Translations under genes and position numbers: made by a program
Source: Cetorhinus maximus
Taxonomy: Eukaryota
Assembly: GCF_964194155.1 (NCBI RefSeq)
Contig: NC_135891.1
Location: forward strand, 117,428,001 to 117,492,000
Direction: 5' to 3'
Length of the DNA: 64,000 nucleotides
Part shown: piece by piece, positions 63,893 through 64,000 of the stretch
How the letters are laid out: each line of letters opens with the position of its first letter
Position numbering within the stretch: the first letter of the stretch is position 1
The notes under the pieces: generated by a model
The model's input: the letters and a program-made list of their open reading frames with translations, nothing else
Databases searched by the model: none
What the model was told of the DNA's origin: nothing

Positions 63893-64000
63893 CTGATGAA
63901 GAGTCATACGGACTCGAAACGTTAACTCTGTCTTCCTCTTCACAGATGCTGTCAGACCTGCTGAGTTTTTCCAGCTATTTTTGTTTTTGTTTCAGATTTC
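63893..64000 (+). mobile_element. Penelope LTR fragment starting at a hammerhead core (runs off window)
   Basis: ctgatgaagagtcatacggactcgaaacgttaactctg... Confidence 0.85.

Overview
Vertebrate genomic DNA, not microbial. The repeat repertoire (CR1, L2, Penelope, DeuSINE-type tRNA SINEs, 69-bp satellite) points to a shark or other cartilaginous fish (inference). Genes: (1) a complete minus-strand ARMC6 with 7 coding exons (31688->17779, 466 aa, all GT-AG, phases consistent), a probable 5'UTR exon and an RFX/ETS promoter at ~32.7 kb; (2) two intact, intronless, tandem TSSK6-type kinase genes on the plus strand (35557-36369 and 47117-47929, 270 aa each, ~73% identical by manual alignment) that share promoter motifs and an upstream AUG; (3) a CCAAT-rich CpG-island promoter at ~7.6-8.3 kb for a gene probably running off the left edge, next to a 36-bp minisatellite. 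Most of the rest is transposon-derived. The most notable element is a ~3.4-kb, apparently ORF1-less CR1-group LINE (57320-60750) that starts with a tRNA-type A/B-box head and has no TTTT run in its native sense strand. This suggests a Pol III-transcribed autonomous LINE, and a head+tail internally deleted derivative lies at 31030-31500. Penelope-like elements scatter minimal hammerhead ribozyme motifs and palindromic LTR derivatives across the window. TE family names come from recalled protein motifs, not database searches; TE boundaries without TSDs are approximate.
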